Positions 32,601-45,909 of a stretch of DNA of 64,000 bases are shown one piece after another. The DNA lies in contig CAJINV010000001.1 of assembly GCA_905178155.1 (NCBI GenBank), positions 8,153,599 through 8,217,598 on the forward strand. The letters are read 5' to 3'. This DNA is from Amoebophrya sp. A120 (taxonomy: Eukaryota; Protista; Dinoflagellata). Position 1 is the first letter of the stretch. Each line of letters starts with the position of its first letter. Position numbers and translations under genes: made by a program. Under the pieces are notes generated by a model. It did not search any database, had not been told where the DNA came from, and saw only the letters and a program-made list of their open reading frames with translations.

Positions 32601-33917
32601 GAACGCCGCAGAGAATTTGTGATGCTGATTTTTTTTTTTTTTAACATGGCGGCAGTTTGTTTTGGCTACTGAACTTACGATGAATCTCATTCCTAGTTTT
32701 CATTTTGACCTTAATGCTGCCGCGGTGCTCACGTCGACCGATATGCAAACAGGTGCCGAGGCCTGTTTGCATGCGATCTAGTGAAGGTTTATTGGGCGTT
32801 CCCGTCTGCCTTACCACGTCGCCCGGGCTTGCAGGGGTTGGGATTTTCCTGCCGGATGTTCAACGACATCTACGTGGCTAGTCATGATCCCTCTCCCTGT
32901 TGCGACCTGCTTTTTTGTTTGGCTGAAAAAATCCAAGAAATGAAAGGTTGAAAAAAAAAAGCCGTGGTCTGTATTTGTTGAAAGACAGGAGCGAAACCCA
33001 CCACGTAAGCAGGAGAAAATTTGGGCACGAGAGAAACAGAGCATGTACTAGGGCAGGGATTATGAAGCGGAAGCCATTAGACTACGAGGGCAAATATGTA
33101 AAGGGCCAGACGATGAGAAAAGCGAAAAACTTACTTAGGGGCTCACTAGCTACCAAGGGCGCGAGGGGCTATCAATCGCAAGTAAAGCGGCCTAGGGAGA
33201 AAATGCTTAAGACTCGACAAAAGCCAAGGGGATCATCAAAGATGAGAAAAAAGCGAAAAAACAACAGAGAAACAGAGGCGCAGGCTAGAGGAAGAAAAAA
33301 CGCTTAACGGTCTCTCAGGAACAAGAAGAAAATCGTACGCAAAAAACCAGAAGAGATTCTTTCAGTCAAGGGGGAAAAAAAAGAGGATAGGACGCAGGAA
33401 AAAACACGCTCAGCATGTTATTGGAAAAAAAAGACGAACACTGGACCGAGTTGTCATGCAGAATTTGTGATGCTGATTTGTGACCACAAGTCGTGTTTGT
33501 CTTGCAAGAAAGCAACGACATGGGCCCCTTTCCATTATGCAGCCGGTTTGTAATGCTGTTGGTCCTACAGCATAGACGTTCCTCATGCCAAGTGCCTAGG
33601 CCAAAACCTCTCTGCATTGGCATGATATGGGCCTGCAGTGCTACGCAGCAAGAGAGCTCTGATTTGTGTACACAAATCCAGCATCAGAAGTTTCGTTTTG
33701 ATATGGGGAGGGGGCATTTTTCCTCTCAATACTGCTGTCCGCCGGCCTTGACGGAATCCTTCGAAGGGTCGCTGCTTCGCCCGACTTTCGTACTGGCGTT
33801 ACTATTTTTGAAGGCCGAGCCGGACTTGAGATTCCCTTTGACCACCTTGTGGTTGCCCCGACCCATACCCGGAAGGGCCACATGGCTGAATTTCCGCTGC
33901 GTCGTTCCGCGGCCCAT
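29612..33917 (-). CDS. NOG2: Nucleolar GTP-binding protein 2 (circularly permuted GTPase, 60S biogenesis), multi-exon
   Basis: NGP1NT-type '[11 protein letters not shown]', '[15 protein letters not shown]'; '[20 protein letters not shown]', [45 protein letters not shown]; acidic tail. Confidence 0.95.
32563..33731. mobile_element. Introner family A copy 2 in NOG2, carrying a nested retro-insertion; non-canonical boundaries (GT-AA)
   Basis: TIR TATCGTAAGGAAAAATTCCCCCTCCCCATATCG / TATTGAGAGGAAAAATGCCCCCTCCCCATATCA; TSD ctgct at 32558-32562 and 33732-33736; 33460-33731 aligns with the interior of 6777-7104. Confidence 0.9.
32629..33459 (-). mobile_element. Poly(A)-tailed non-LTR-type insertion (5'-truncated LINE 3'UTR, SINE or retrocopy), about 830 bp
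   Basis: Direct repeat AGAATTTGTGATGCTGA(TTT) at 32612-32631 and 33460-33479 flanks the insert; T14 at 32629-32642 is a minus-strand poly(A) abutting the repeat; no RT motifs seen. Confidence 0.8.
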
Positions 33918-35258
33918 TTTCGTTGTTCTATCTTTAGATTCAGATTAGGAATTAGAAAAAGGACGATTGGAGTATTAATAAATGCGAGCAAAATAGATCC
34001 CACTGCCCTCAATATCGTGAAGATTTGTTTTGACAATTTTCCGAATGGGCTCGCACAGAAGGAACAATAAAATCAGCACATTCTTTCTCTGTGGAAGCAA
34101 ATATTCGGAAAGACTATCGAAACTACCTTTGCCTGACTCCAATGGTGACGCTGAAGAGAGAATATCACGATTTAGATGTGATAGATGAATGATCAATACA
34201 CTATCTGGGTTCTGATCAGCTCTCTGAAACTTCGGGATCGTGGTTAGATCTTGATTCTCGAGGAGATCAACTTCTTTTCGTTTTCTGATCTCAGCACCAA
34301 CAGCTACAGGTCCCAACAGAAGATGAAAAGATTTTGCGTTCGATCAATGCAGTAGTTCACTGATCAACGTGCCTGTGTTTCTTCTTTCAGAAGTGAGACA
34401 CAGTTTGAAAACGCTGTAACCTTGGACTTGTAGCTAATCATAGTTTTGAGCAATGAATCCTGTTCACAAGTGCGGGGATCTTTAAGTGGCTGGTCATAGT
34501 CTAGATGCAGACATACATTCTACTTCTGTAATACCTCGGATCTGGGTTGAGATCTTGGTGTTGGATGCAGTAGGCTAACGAACGCTTCAGGCAAAAATTG
34601 TCATACGCTAGTAAGCTCATCTCGGTTGGTGCATCATCCATGAAGATGCTCCAATCCGCCAAAGAACCAGTCATACAAACATAAAAATGCAAGTCCAACT
34701 GTTCTGTGGCATTAGTGAAGCCTAGCTGCGCGGCTTCGTGGAGCATTTTCGTATGGTGTCATTTGTTTCACCAACCACAGCGCAAAAACGATATCGGAGG
34801 CGGTTCATTTGTTGACATTTGCATTTCACGCGAGGTCGTCCCCCTCGAGGCTTGAGTTGATCAACATCAAGCGTCCAGTTCATTTCAAAATACAAAAAGG
34901 CCAAGGAGCAAGCAACGCCTAAATAGAGACGGAATCAAAATTGTTGGATATGGGGGCAGCACCCGTATCTCGATCCCATTACACTAACAAGCCATGCCTG
35001 TCACAAAGGGAAAAGCATTGTATTTTTTCGTAAGCCTGGAAAGTGGTTTCCGTTCCTTTGTCATGATGCTTTGTTCTCAGTCAGACTCAGACTCAATAAA
35101 CGTTCATTTGATTTTGCACATTGCTGCTGGTCGAAACGTACTGGTGCGTGGGGTATAAAAATTCAGTCGTGCCTCGCATATTCGCAAAGAAGGTCCAAAG
35201 CTCAACGCTGGTGGTTCTACATCACCCTGCATGGAGGCACTGGGGCTGTGGAGCAGTA

Positions 35259-38200
35259 TCAGGCAGAGCCAGCTTCGTCCATTTTCGTACTGCCTTCCTT
35301 CATCAAAGACAGACTCTCATCCGTACTGGAGGTGGGCGGCGCGACAAAAAACGTTTCCGCTCGCTCGATCATCAGCTCGTCTGCGGATGAGGACGGGCCA
35401 AAGGTTACTCGCTTTGATAACCCTCCAGAAAAACAGTTCCCATGTGCGGCGCCATTGTCAACTGTGGCACTTGTGGTGTCGCCATGGTTGGTCTCAGGTT
35501 CATTTTCTTTTGCAGAATTAGGCACCGGCCCGGGTACGGCGAGTTCAAGAAGACTGACGTTGCTACAAGTCAACTGGTGGTGTTCGTCGGTAGCGCCAGC
35601 ACCACTCTCAACGATAGTAGGTTCCTGCTTGATGTCTTCTCCTTCACTTGGCACATTATCCTGCAGAGGCTTCGCCGCTTCTACCTGCTCGTCCCGAGCG
35701 GTTATTTCTTCCTCAGCGGGTGCAGCGCCCTCTTCCTCTTTCGTACCGACATCTGCACCCACCCCTATGAATGGCTGACTTCTATTGAACAGCGAGAGCA
35801 GCGGCGCTGGGGTCGAGAAGTTTGGGAACAAAGCCGATACCTTGCTCTGTACGACGGAAAATCCAGATCCTGCTGCTCCGTCGCCCGACGCATGCTCTGC
35901 CTCTGCCGCGTGTTGTAGTTGTTCGGGGGCTATGCTAGTTCCCGATTCGTTTTCCTCAACATGTTGATCTCCTCCTATGCCTCCTTCTTCTAAGAGGCTT
36001 TCGTCTTTCAGTCCCGAGTCCGCCATGGTGAGGCACTGCAGACGTAAAGCCTGCATGCAGAGGCGGTAGGAACTGATCAGGTGGGAAGTGGCGGCGTGAT
36101 GCGACGAATAGCAGTAGGACATCTCTCTCTCCGGGTCTACCCAGACGACTTTGAACGAATATTGCGAGAGATCCAGCTCCTGCTTTCCGTCACGGAGAAT
36201 AATCTGCGGAGGTGCACCTGCACTTGCTCGGAGATTATCCGCGAAGTCTCCAACGTTCGATGCGTGTGCTTCTTCTGGCAAGCGGGACTCTTGCGACGGC
36301 GTTGGGCTACTTTGCAGCAAAATTGCCGCAGATTTGCTCTCGCTAGCATTTGTTTTATTTTGGTCATGTGTGTCTACTGAGAACAAGCATGGCGACGCAA
36401 CGGGCTGCCCGTGCACTACGAGAAGATCCACATCCTTTCGCGACATGGCGGATGATAGCTGTCCCTTCGCGCCGGCATCTTTTGAACGAGACATGTTCGT
36501 GTACGGAACCAGCTCCAGTTCTTGACTTTTTGTGACTTGTCCGCTTGTAGTTAAACTACCAGCAACATCTTCCGTAGGTGAAGACAGCGTTTTGTACTTC
36601 TTTTCGCTTCTCCGATGTTGACCACGGAACTGGGTGGATATAGGCGTTCTTCCATCCATAGTCTCTTGGAGATTCTGATCCTTCGTCTCTCGGCCTTTCG
36701 AGGATGCGGAGTTCGCGAAGCTGCGACGATTATAGTTATACTTTGAGTTGTGGCGTCTTTCAACATCCCCACCGCTCTCTCCTGTACGACCTTTCTCCGT
36801 GACCCTTCTGCTTGCAGCTGGATTTGAAGCACACGACCCACTGCTTGAACTGACGCCACGTGTAGAGCGCGCCGAAGCTGCAGTAACTTTTCTGGATGCT
36901 GCTGTTGCTGTATTGCGACTATCGCGGCTCGTACGTCCTGCCTGCTCCTCTGCTGGTTGTATCACCGGAGATCCACTGATTTTCGTGTACCGGGTCAAAA
37001 AGTGCGCAACAGGGTCTTCGCTGTATTTGTCGAAAAACATCTGTCCCAGGATCGCGTCGGCAATGTTGCGACTCTCCGCAGTTTCGTCGCTGTTCACGGC
37101 TGCTTCTACTGGTACGTGGCTCGTCGCGTGATCACGGCCCACAGTTTGATACTGGACTGGCTGGTGCGCATTGGAGTGGTCACGCTGGTAAAGAGAAGTA
37201 GGCGGAGGTCCTGTGTTTTTTATTCCGCTGTACATAGTCTTGCTCATCCCATTGTCGGACGTGTAATTGTCGGACCTGTTCCCACCTCCTCCGCCGCCGA
37301 ACAGGGAAACCTCCCGCCCGCTGCGGTGGGCACTTTGCAAACGCCGAATCCGCTTTTGCGCTAGCTCGCCGAGCGCAATCTTCTTCTTGCGATACACAAC
37401 AGCACCAGCCAGCGGCGGCTCGGTTTCGATCCGGATGCGAAAGCGCTTCGGCTTTTTGCTGGCAGTTGTGGCGGAGGAATTTGTCTTCACCAGAACACCT
37501 GCGGACGTCCCACTTTTCAAACTGGTAGAGCTGGTCGTGGCACTCGTACAACTTGTAGCAGCAGCAGCAACCTCCTTACTTCGTGTGCGGCCAGATTGAT
37601 CGTCCTGCTTTGTCTGCCGCGCGCTTGCCGACAAGCTGCTACTGACCGAGTTTATCACGTTTGCGCAGCTGCTATCGCTAAACATAGCGTGTCCGCCGAA
37701 GGCCACGTCGAAGGGAAGGGAAAACATCTCCTTTCCCTTGCGTGTGGTTCTGACCGCGCGGCGCAGCGTATACCGCTTATTTCGCCGGTTTCGCCAACTC
37801 GGGGGCATGTGCGCAGTGGACCCCCGCGCACTCATCTGCAAGTGATTCCCACGATACGTGGTCTTGCGTCCCTTCGTGCTACTCAGGCTGGCACCACCAC
37901 CGTGCTGCTGGGAAGATGAAAATGGGTGTTCCCTAGTACGGCCCCTGCTGCCGGTCCGCGAGCGGCCGCCGGAACTGGAAGACGTCTGTCGACCAGAGGT
38001 GGACGAGCAAGTTGGTCTCTCGGGCTGCAACTCGATTTCCGAAGCAAAAGCAGAAGCGCGCCGCAGGTTGCCGCGCAGCTCCTGGAAAAGTCTGCTCTCT
38101 TCGCTCTGCAACGGATACCTGTCATGGTCGCTGCGCGCGAATACTCCCTCTTTCAACGTCTGACTCGAGGCCCAGGAATCCAGCTGGTCTGCGCGCTTCG

Positions 38201-41200
38201 TTAGCCGCAACTGTAAAACCCTTCCCGGCGTTGCAAGGGGCAAGAAGATGTCCCGGTAGTTTCCATCGTACAAATGCCGCGGGTAGTTGATCAGGCCTTT
38301 TCCGTCGTCGGAAAACAACGACCCCCGCATGCGGATTAGTTTCCGGTAGTGAAACCCCGGCTCGTCTTTTCGTACGTACACGCTCCCATTGCGATCGCCG
38401 AAGGAGGACAGTTGCTGTGCGGAATGGTGCGAGCAGCTGAGATCGTGGTCAGTGGTCGCGTTGTGGGCGGCGGGAAGCAGCACGCGATGGCGCTGTGCTT
38501 CATCTGTGCCTGCGTTGTTGTATTCCTCATAGTGATCGACAGGACAGGGGGTCACAGGCGGGAAGGAGAACGCATCTAAGACAGGTGTGGAGGTACTTAC
38601 AGACTCGTGCAACCTACTGGGCCGATGACAAGTGAAATCACCGAGCGGAGTGGGGCACGTTCGCCTCCTGGCGGTCGTGCCGCCAAGAACCACATCGCTC
38701 TTCTCACCGTCAACAAGATTTTTGGGGAAGTAGCCCTCGTTTTCTGTCGTCACCGCAGCGCCTTTCATTTCTGCTACGCAGTTCTTGCCCGGCCGTACTT
38801 TCCGCATCACCGCTGGTGCGGGGCGGTTGTACGGACTGCGCTTGATCAAGGAGCAGAGCTCCTGCACTTGGGGCTCGTAGCGACGCCGGCAGCAACGGTA
38901 GCGGTTGATCAGAAATATCTTCCACTTGCTCAAGCGCACCCGCTCCAAAAGGTAGCACATGTGCTCGCGAAAGCGAATCAGCGTTTCCGGTCGCGCGCGC
39001 GGAATATTGTCGTAGCTGGCCACCACCGTGACGGCGTATTGCCGTGTCTCCGCAGCGAGTTTCGGTGACATGGTCCAGCCCGGGGGACATATCAGCAGCG
39101 CAGACATCTCAATGCGCTCTCTCCGTGCGTGCTGAAGGGTCTCGAGCTGCCCGTAAGAACTGCTGTCAAGTCGATCTTCATCAAACATCCGCTCGTCCTT
39201 GCTTCTACTACGCGGAATGTTTCCAGCAGCACGGGAGTTGTTGTGAAGAGGAGAGCAGGGCGGACCAGCACGACCCCGCGTTGTTGTGTCTACACCCGCG
39301 GCAACTTCAAGCTCCGCGTCGTTGCAAGACCAGCTGCGGCGCTGAATCCGCCCGAGGGGGTCGTACGGGGCTGAGCATTGGGGACCGTCGAGCGGCGAGG
39401 CAGGCGCGTCTGGTTCATTTTCCTTCGTGGCGGTAGACAAAGCACTGGCAGCAACATCGTGCGCTGGGGATAAACTTTTCGCTGCCGTAATATCTCCCCC
39501 CTTGCTTTCGATGCTACCTACCACGGCGTCGAAGTGTGTAGCCGTCTCCGCAAAATCCGCGTCGGGATTTCTCGTTGCGAACGACGCACGGACGCGGTTG
39601 CCGAACCGACGGCGAAAAAGAAGCGAGCAAATACTAGCCACCCCCGCACCCATGCTGTGTCCCGTGAAAACTAAGCGGTAGCTGTCTGGAATGCGGTCGA
39701 GAAAGCCCTCCCGCACGAAAGTGTCTGCGATTTGTTCCGCACAACCGAGCATGCCAACGTGGACGTACTCCTCCGATTGTCGCTGTTGCTCAACATCGCG
39801 CACAGAAGGATCGTTCTGAGGCGTTGCGTCTGCGGCAGGAGTTAGCGGCGCGCACTCCAGCACAAAATTTGTGGCCACCTCCGCCATGTAGTTCGTTCCG
39901 GAAATTGCGACGACGACCGCTTTCGCCAGATGATCGCAGATCACAATCCAGAAACTGCTCTTTCCCGGTATGCGTGCGAAGTTTCCGTACCAGAGCTGGA
40001 TCTTTCGCTCCTCTTCCGGAGCCGGGGCCTCGAAGTCCGCCTCTATGGCTTGTTGGTTTTGGTCATCCGCTACAGCTGCCTCTTTTGGTGTGTAGTCGTC
40101 TCCGACTTGTCCACCCCCCGCCGCACCGACGTCCGACGGGCTTGCGGCCGCCGGTTTTGGTATTTCTTGCGCAGATATGAGTGCGCCTCCTGATCCTGGA
40201 CCGTCGCTCGAGTCGAAATTTAGAGCCGCAGGAGGAACGCCTTCCGCGGTCGCGCCAACAAGTTCGCCTTGTTCAGAACCCTTTTCCGTCGCGAAATTCG
40301 GCGTGCACAAAAGCCCTCGGGAGAGCTGCGTCCTGGCCGTTGCGGTATCAGCGGCCAGTGTTGAGCTTCCTTGTTCTTCGACTTCCATGGCGAAATGCAC
40401 CGAGCCTTCCTCCGACGTTGTGTAGTGCGGAACGTTGAAAGAGTTTGGAAAGGATCCCCGCGAGTCGCGGTCGGCGTCAGACGAAGGCCGGGAAACGTCG
40501 CCACTACCGAGTGGCGTCGTTTGGCCTGTAGCCACGCGGGGCCCGGGGTCTGAACACGCAAGATTCATACCCACGAAGCCCCCTTCAGATGCAGAACGCG
40601 CTCCCCGGGTCAGGCGCTCCTCGTGCGTACTGCTTGTTCTGGAGAAGGCAGTGTCCCGCCTGCCGGCGGACACCAGTGTTGCCGTGCTTCTGCCTTGGGC
40701 AATGTCACTCTCGTAGTGGGGGAGAACGTCAGCGGATGAGCGACTTCTCAACCTGCTGCATTCCACCGGCGAGGTAACCGCTGGAAGCTCCATGGATATC
40801 TGCCGAGTCTGCGTGGAGTTGGATGCTTCAACAGCCCCTCCGGCGACGCCCTGCGGTCTTTGCCTTTCTCTTGGAGGTGGTACAACCGGACAAGGTGGAG
40901 ACGAGGAGGGCACAAACGGAATTTGGGACAGCGGTTGCTTACCATGATACCGCTTCCGCCCCTGCAGAGAGCCTGTAGCTACTGTTCCAGCCCCAAATCT
41001 TGTACCCGCATAAGGCGGATAACAAGAATCATGGTGCAGCGTCATACTGTGCCGATGTCCGCCGCCTCGGGGCTGTGAGAGATCGCGAAACCTCGTGAAG
41101 CTTGGGCGACGCTGGCTCACGCCTCCGGAGGTAGAGAGAAAGTTAGAGTTTGCGATGTGACTTGCGCGACGCAGCGAATTCTTCGCATCACGACAGTCCG

Positions 41201-43526
41201 TTACCGTCATGCGAGTACAATCCACGAAGACATCTGCTAGGACGCTCAATTGCATTCGGTCGGGTTTGAGTTTTGGCTTAGAAGCGCTTGCGCAACGGGG
41301 GACGCTTCGGCTGCGACTTTTTGCTGTGGTGCTGCCTGACAGTGACGCAGCCGATCCGCTGGAAATCGTATTTCGCGATACACCGGTAGACATTTTTGTA
41401 AAGTCGTTCGGAGCAGGCGCGAGCCTGTGAGTCCCCGTTTGTCGGCTGCTGACTGCTGGGTGCATGAAAACGGAGGTGTCGCGCAGCTCACCTTCCCCAT
41501 AGTTTAGTCGCTGCTGTGGCGTAGAGGCAATTTCTTCTCCTTTGCTATGGCCCGCCCCAGCGAGTGCAGCAAAGCAAGCTCCTGGTCTATTGCCCTCGTT
41601 TTTACCGGCACTCGCTACCAAAGGTTCTGTCAACATTGTGGCGCCCTGTGCCATTTCTACTTGGTGGTCATCTGCATCATCAGCAACTTCCTGTTCTAAA
41701 CCCAACACCGGGTCTTTGCCCCCGCTACCTGAATCTCTTGGCTGCAGCCCTGTGACAGCGGCTCCTGTGCCGCTCGTCGTTCCATAATCGCTCACTTTTT
41801 TCGAAACCACGACGGAAAACTTCTCTTTCTGCATGTACTGTCGTTCCCTGTGGTAGAGCATGAGCAGGATCGCCCGCTCGTTCAATTGCAAATAGTTGTC
41901 GCCGACGCAGACGGACTTGTTCCCGACCTCCACCTGCGTGACCAAATTCCAGATCTTCCGACTGTCGCCGATCGCCATGCTGCAAAACTGGGGCCAGCCG
42001 TACACGATCTCGCTGTAGTTCAGGAATTCGAACATCAACCGGAGCGAGGCGTCGTCTTTGTGAAAATCCACGTCCACACCCTCCTCCACGTAGGGAAGGG
42101 GCACGCGACCGCCGAAATTTGGGGAGATGGCCAAGTCGGTGGCAGCCTGGAAATCCGACCAGCAGAGATTGGCATGGCCGCCAACCAGGGTCGCGACGTA
42201 AGTCAGAAGCACGTCCTTTACTTCGTCGGGGGTGCCTGAAGATTTAGATATTGAAATCAGTATTAAGGGAGCAGGACAGACATGGGTCAGTAGCCTCTAC
42301 CGAGAAGAAAGAACCGCTTTGCCACTTTTCTCAAGAAAACATCCAGGTACAACTCTACCAAGAATCCGCAAGGCTCGCTGAATCAAGTTCCGGGTCCACC
42401 GGCCCAGTAGGAAAGATGTTTCCTCCGTGCCTTCGGGCTTCTTCAACCGCACATCCAGTATGAGCTTCCGAATCAGTAAGTCGGACCGCGTGCTTCCTCC
42501 TCGTTTGCTGTCCGATAGAACGAAAAATAAGCCAAAGAGGGCGATGGAAGAAAAGATTGTGTGCAGTGTCAGAGTGAGCAGGGCGAAGTTCTCCACAAAC
42601 CTACTCATAAATTCTTTCTCCTCTGTCCACGACGTGCTGTAGTGCCTCTGCGGTGGAGCAGATCTGGAGGCGGATGGTTTGGAGGTTGATGGGGGTGGCA
42701 AGCGATCATCCGATCCGTCCTGTCGAGAGGCAGCTGAAGGCTCGCGGTGTTCCCACGAGCTGAGGACCCTCCTCCGGATAGCAATCTCTTCCCGGAAAGA
42801 GTCCCACTCGGCACCACCTTCCTCTCCGGGGGAAGTGACGGCTTCGGTCTGCTGGTGCTCTTGATGTGCGAAATCCGGTGAACTCGTCGCAACAGGACCG
42901 TCCGTCGCCGATACTGTCTCACCAGAGTCAAATGCAGTGCCGGCACTATCGGCCTGCGAAAGCGTTTTGAGTTCGGCAGCAAGAGCAACCGCTCTTCCGT
43001 TATGCTTTTCAGGTTTCTTCGCAGTCGGATTTCTTTCGAGAGGGACGCCTCGAGCAGAGGGGGCTCCGATAGGTTTCGAAAGGCCCCCATCTTGATCTTT
43101 ACTGCCATGTCCAAACGTTTGCTCCTCGTTACGTACCGTCCGTGCCCTCGGGGGATCGACCCGGTAGTTGACTTTCCACAATGACAGCGGGGAAAACAGC
43201 AACTTGTACACGAGCAGAATGTTCAACCCACACGCTAACAGAAACCGGTACCCTAAAAACGTATCCAAAAATCGGCGGCGGTTTTTGTGATCGTAAATTG
43301 CTCCGCGTGTAGACCAGAAGCCCAGGAGCGGGTCCGCGAAAAGAAGAAGCAGAAATAGCACACGAACTAGCTTGAACAAGTCGAGAATGTCCGGGTCTTC
43401 TTGCTCGTGTACAAAGAGCAACGATAGGTAGCAGACTAGACTGGAAATTACAAAGAAGGGAACAAAGCGAAAAAAGTCATCGTTTGCAAACCGCCACCTG
43501 CGGTGTAGACAGCGGGCTGGGGGCAT
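35259..43526 (-). CDS. Diacylglycerol lipase (DAGL alpha/beta-like, Lipase_3) with very long low-complexity insertions (exons 43526-42359, 42235-35259)
   Basis: N-terminus MPPARCLHRRWRFANDD resembles the DAGL MP..RRW..DD start; TM helices; VAISGT, YVHVGML, TGHSMGAG, YDNIPR, TPGRVL, VVWV...SHL; GT-AG intron 42236-42358. Confidence 0.85.
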
Positions 43527-43949
43527 AATTTCATTTGTGCACACTCGTCGATAGCCTAGGATCGATAATAAAATCGCTTGGACTACGTTTTGGCAAGCCG
43601 CGCTTTGGCAATGCGTCGCTGCTTCTATTTGTCGCTGTACAAAAAAAAATTACAAAAAAAGGTTGCAGCGCCACAAACAATTACAGCTTGGCTGCAAAAA
43701 CGGCTGCAATATTTTGCGGAATACAACAAATCTATCAATGTAACTGTAAGTACCAAGTAGAACTGGCCGGGAGAGTGCGAGTCCATGGGAGACCTGTTTC
43801 CAAAGGGGTACCTTCTTGCTGGCAGGGGAACACGGACAACAACACGGGGACTAGATTGCTTGACATACTTGCTCTCACAGACAGAGAAAGTGGGCATATT
43901 TTGGCAGAACTGACAGACATAGGACGACACGAGCCTGATGAATTTGCCA

Positions 43950-45700
43950 AAGAGGTCGGTCTGTGCGTAGCCTTGCTGCGCCAGCGGGGGAGGAAGACGT
44001 CGCCCTCGCCACAAAACGCGCCATGAGGAGCCGCTGGGGGAGAAAGAATGACCACTGCCCGCGCGCTACCAGGCGCGAGCACCGCCGAAGCGGCACCGGG
44101 CTGGCGCGCACACATCAGCCCGATCGGCGACGACCACGGTCACAAACTAACGCACGCCCGACCGTCGGGAAACCGGGGGGGGGCGCGCTCTGCGAGTACA
44201 GGAGGGCCCCGATCCCGATGAACCCCAACGCCACCGACTGGGGTGCCATTCCCGGGATCCGGGGCGATGGGCCGCAAGGCCGCCACTTAAGGCCTGCACC
44301 GCGCAGCGCCACCACCAAGGCCACCACCGCGCCAATGCTTGCGCCGGCGCAAGGATTGGCCCACCGAACGGGCACACCGGCCCGCCTCCGGAAAGAACGG
44401 GGCGACACACTTCAGCGCAGGGGGTTGGCCGGACACTTAAGCGCAAGGAAGGCAGACTGACAGGCACTCTCCCGCAGGGGAGGTGCCCGGGAGTGCCTCC
44501 GAGGGCGCCCGGGTGCCTGCCGGCTTCCCTTGCCACCCTATAGAGGAGGCAGGGCGAGGGGCGCCCGCTTTCGTTCCGGAGGCCGCCGGCCTTGCTTCGT
44601 TCTGCGGCACTGGCCTCGCCGCGGCCCCCGGCCAATATCAACGCCGGGCCCCAAAGCAGTGCCGGGATCATGTTGGACACACACGGGAGATGGGCCGCGG
44701 GCATTTGTCCACTGCCCTCGAAGTTCTCTCCGATTACTCGCGACCAATAGCCGAGGATGGTCCCGATGTTGACCTGCTCGGCGTCGCTCTGGGGGGCGTT
44801 CATGGAGCCCCGCTCGGGTTTTTCGACTGCGGGGCCACGCGCCTCGCTGCTTCGATCGCAACCGAGACGGCCCCGGCCCGGGCCGCCTCGGTCGCTCGCC
44901 GCCCTCATAAGCGGCCGGGCTGTTCGCGCGCGCGCCCTTCCACGGCCGACCAACCTTGCTGGCTTTCCGTACCCAGGTCCCCGGGCCGTCCCGATGGTCC
45001 CACTTCTTGCACTGCAGCGGAGGCGCCCCCCATCTGTCGGCTCCGGCCGCAGCTGAATTGCCCGGCCGCAGCTAGGGACGGCGGGCCGGCCGGCCCCCCC
45101 CCCCCCTGCAGGAGCGGGCCGCACTCGCGCGCACAAGGGCCCGCGGCGCTGCGGCGCTTCGGGGCCTCTAGAATTCGCAGCGCTCTTGCACTTGGGCGAC
45201 AGCGGCGGCAGCCGAGACACGGCCCGGAGCGGCAAACCATAGCCGAGACCGCGGCCGGGCTCTCTTGCTCCGGAGTTCTTCTTTAAGCGAAGCAATCGGC
45301 GCGGTGAATTGACAGAAGACCAGGAGGGCCCTACTCTTGGGCGCAGGCATTGCGCCCCGCCAGAGGGTCCCACGCGCTGGATGGCTCTGTTTTTCTGCGG
45401 CGAACAAGCACCCCGGCGATGTTGTCGCAACGCGCAACCCGGGGGCCGCTCCGCAATGCAGTCGCGGAATACCTCCAAAGCGATGCGGGACGCTAGTGCC
45501 TCCAGGACTCCGATACTAGTCGCGCGCCCTCCTGCCTGCGAGAAAATGGCCGGCGCTCTCGAAAGTGGCGCCTGGCGGCTCTCTGCCGGACCGACGCGGC
45601 CCGTGGCGGCCGACATGGGCCAGCGCGCTGCGCTGCCGCCCGCCAAAGGCGCGCGCGTATGCACATGCGCAAGCGACAGCCTCCACGCCGGCAGAGGAAA
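43950..45700 (+). mobile_element. Decayed GC-rich retroelement relic, possibly DIRS/Ngaro (tyrosine-recombinase) type
   Basis: Abrupt high-GC island in an intergenic region; plus-strand remnants 'ATDWGAIPG' and 'GHLSARKAD*QALSR' (RNase H-like), then 'FFDCGATRL' and 'HSRAQGPAAL...ALGR' (YR-like); all motifs degenerate, boundaries approximate. Confidence 0.35.
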
Positions 45701-45909
45701 CAAGAAGACACAGGATAACGCAACGAAAGGAGCACATCCACATCACCAGGAAAATTCCAGAGTGCGCCAGATGAACAACTACAGGGCCTCCCCACATGGA
45801 CCACCTGGCTGAAGATCATACAGCTTTGCGTCTCATACACACAGAAAAAGTGTAAGAGACGTATTTCAAAGACACCTGCTTCGTAAAACTTACAGGGAGA
45901 TCCGTGGAG

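Noticed and set aside
32948-33307. 119-aa K/R-rich plus-strand ORF inside the retro-insertion
   Set aside because: Product of A-rich composition, antisense to the poly(A) orientation; no RT or endonuclease motifs
33975-34904. Short minus-strand ORFs between NOG2 and DAGL
   Set aside because: Could be a small spliced gene, but I could not build a consistent exon chain or recognise a family
44147-45703. 518-aa minus-strand ORF
   Set aside because: A/R/G/P-rich and explained by high GC and stop scarcity; overlapping ORFs in several frames; no domain
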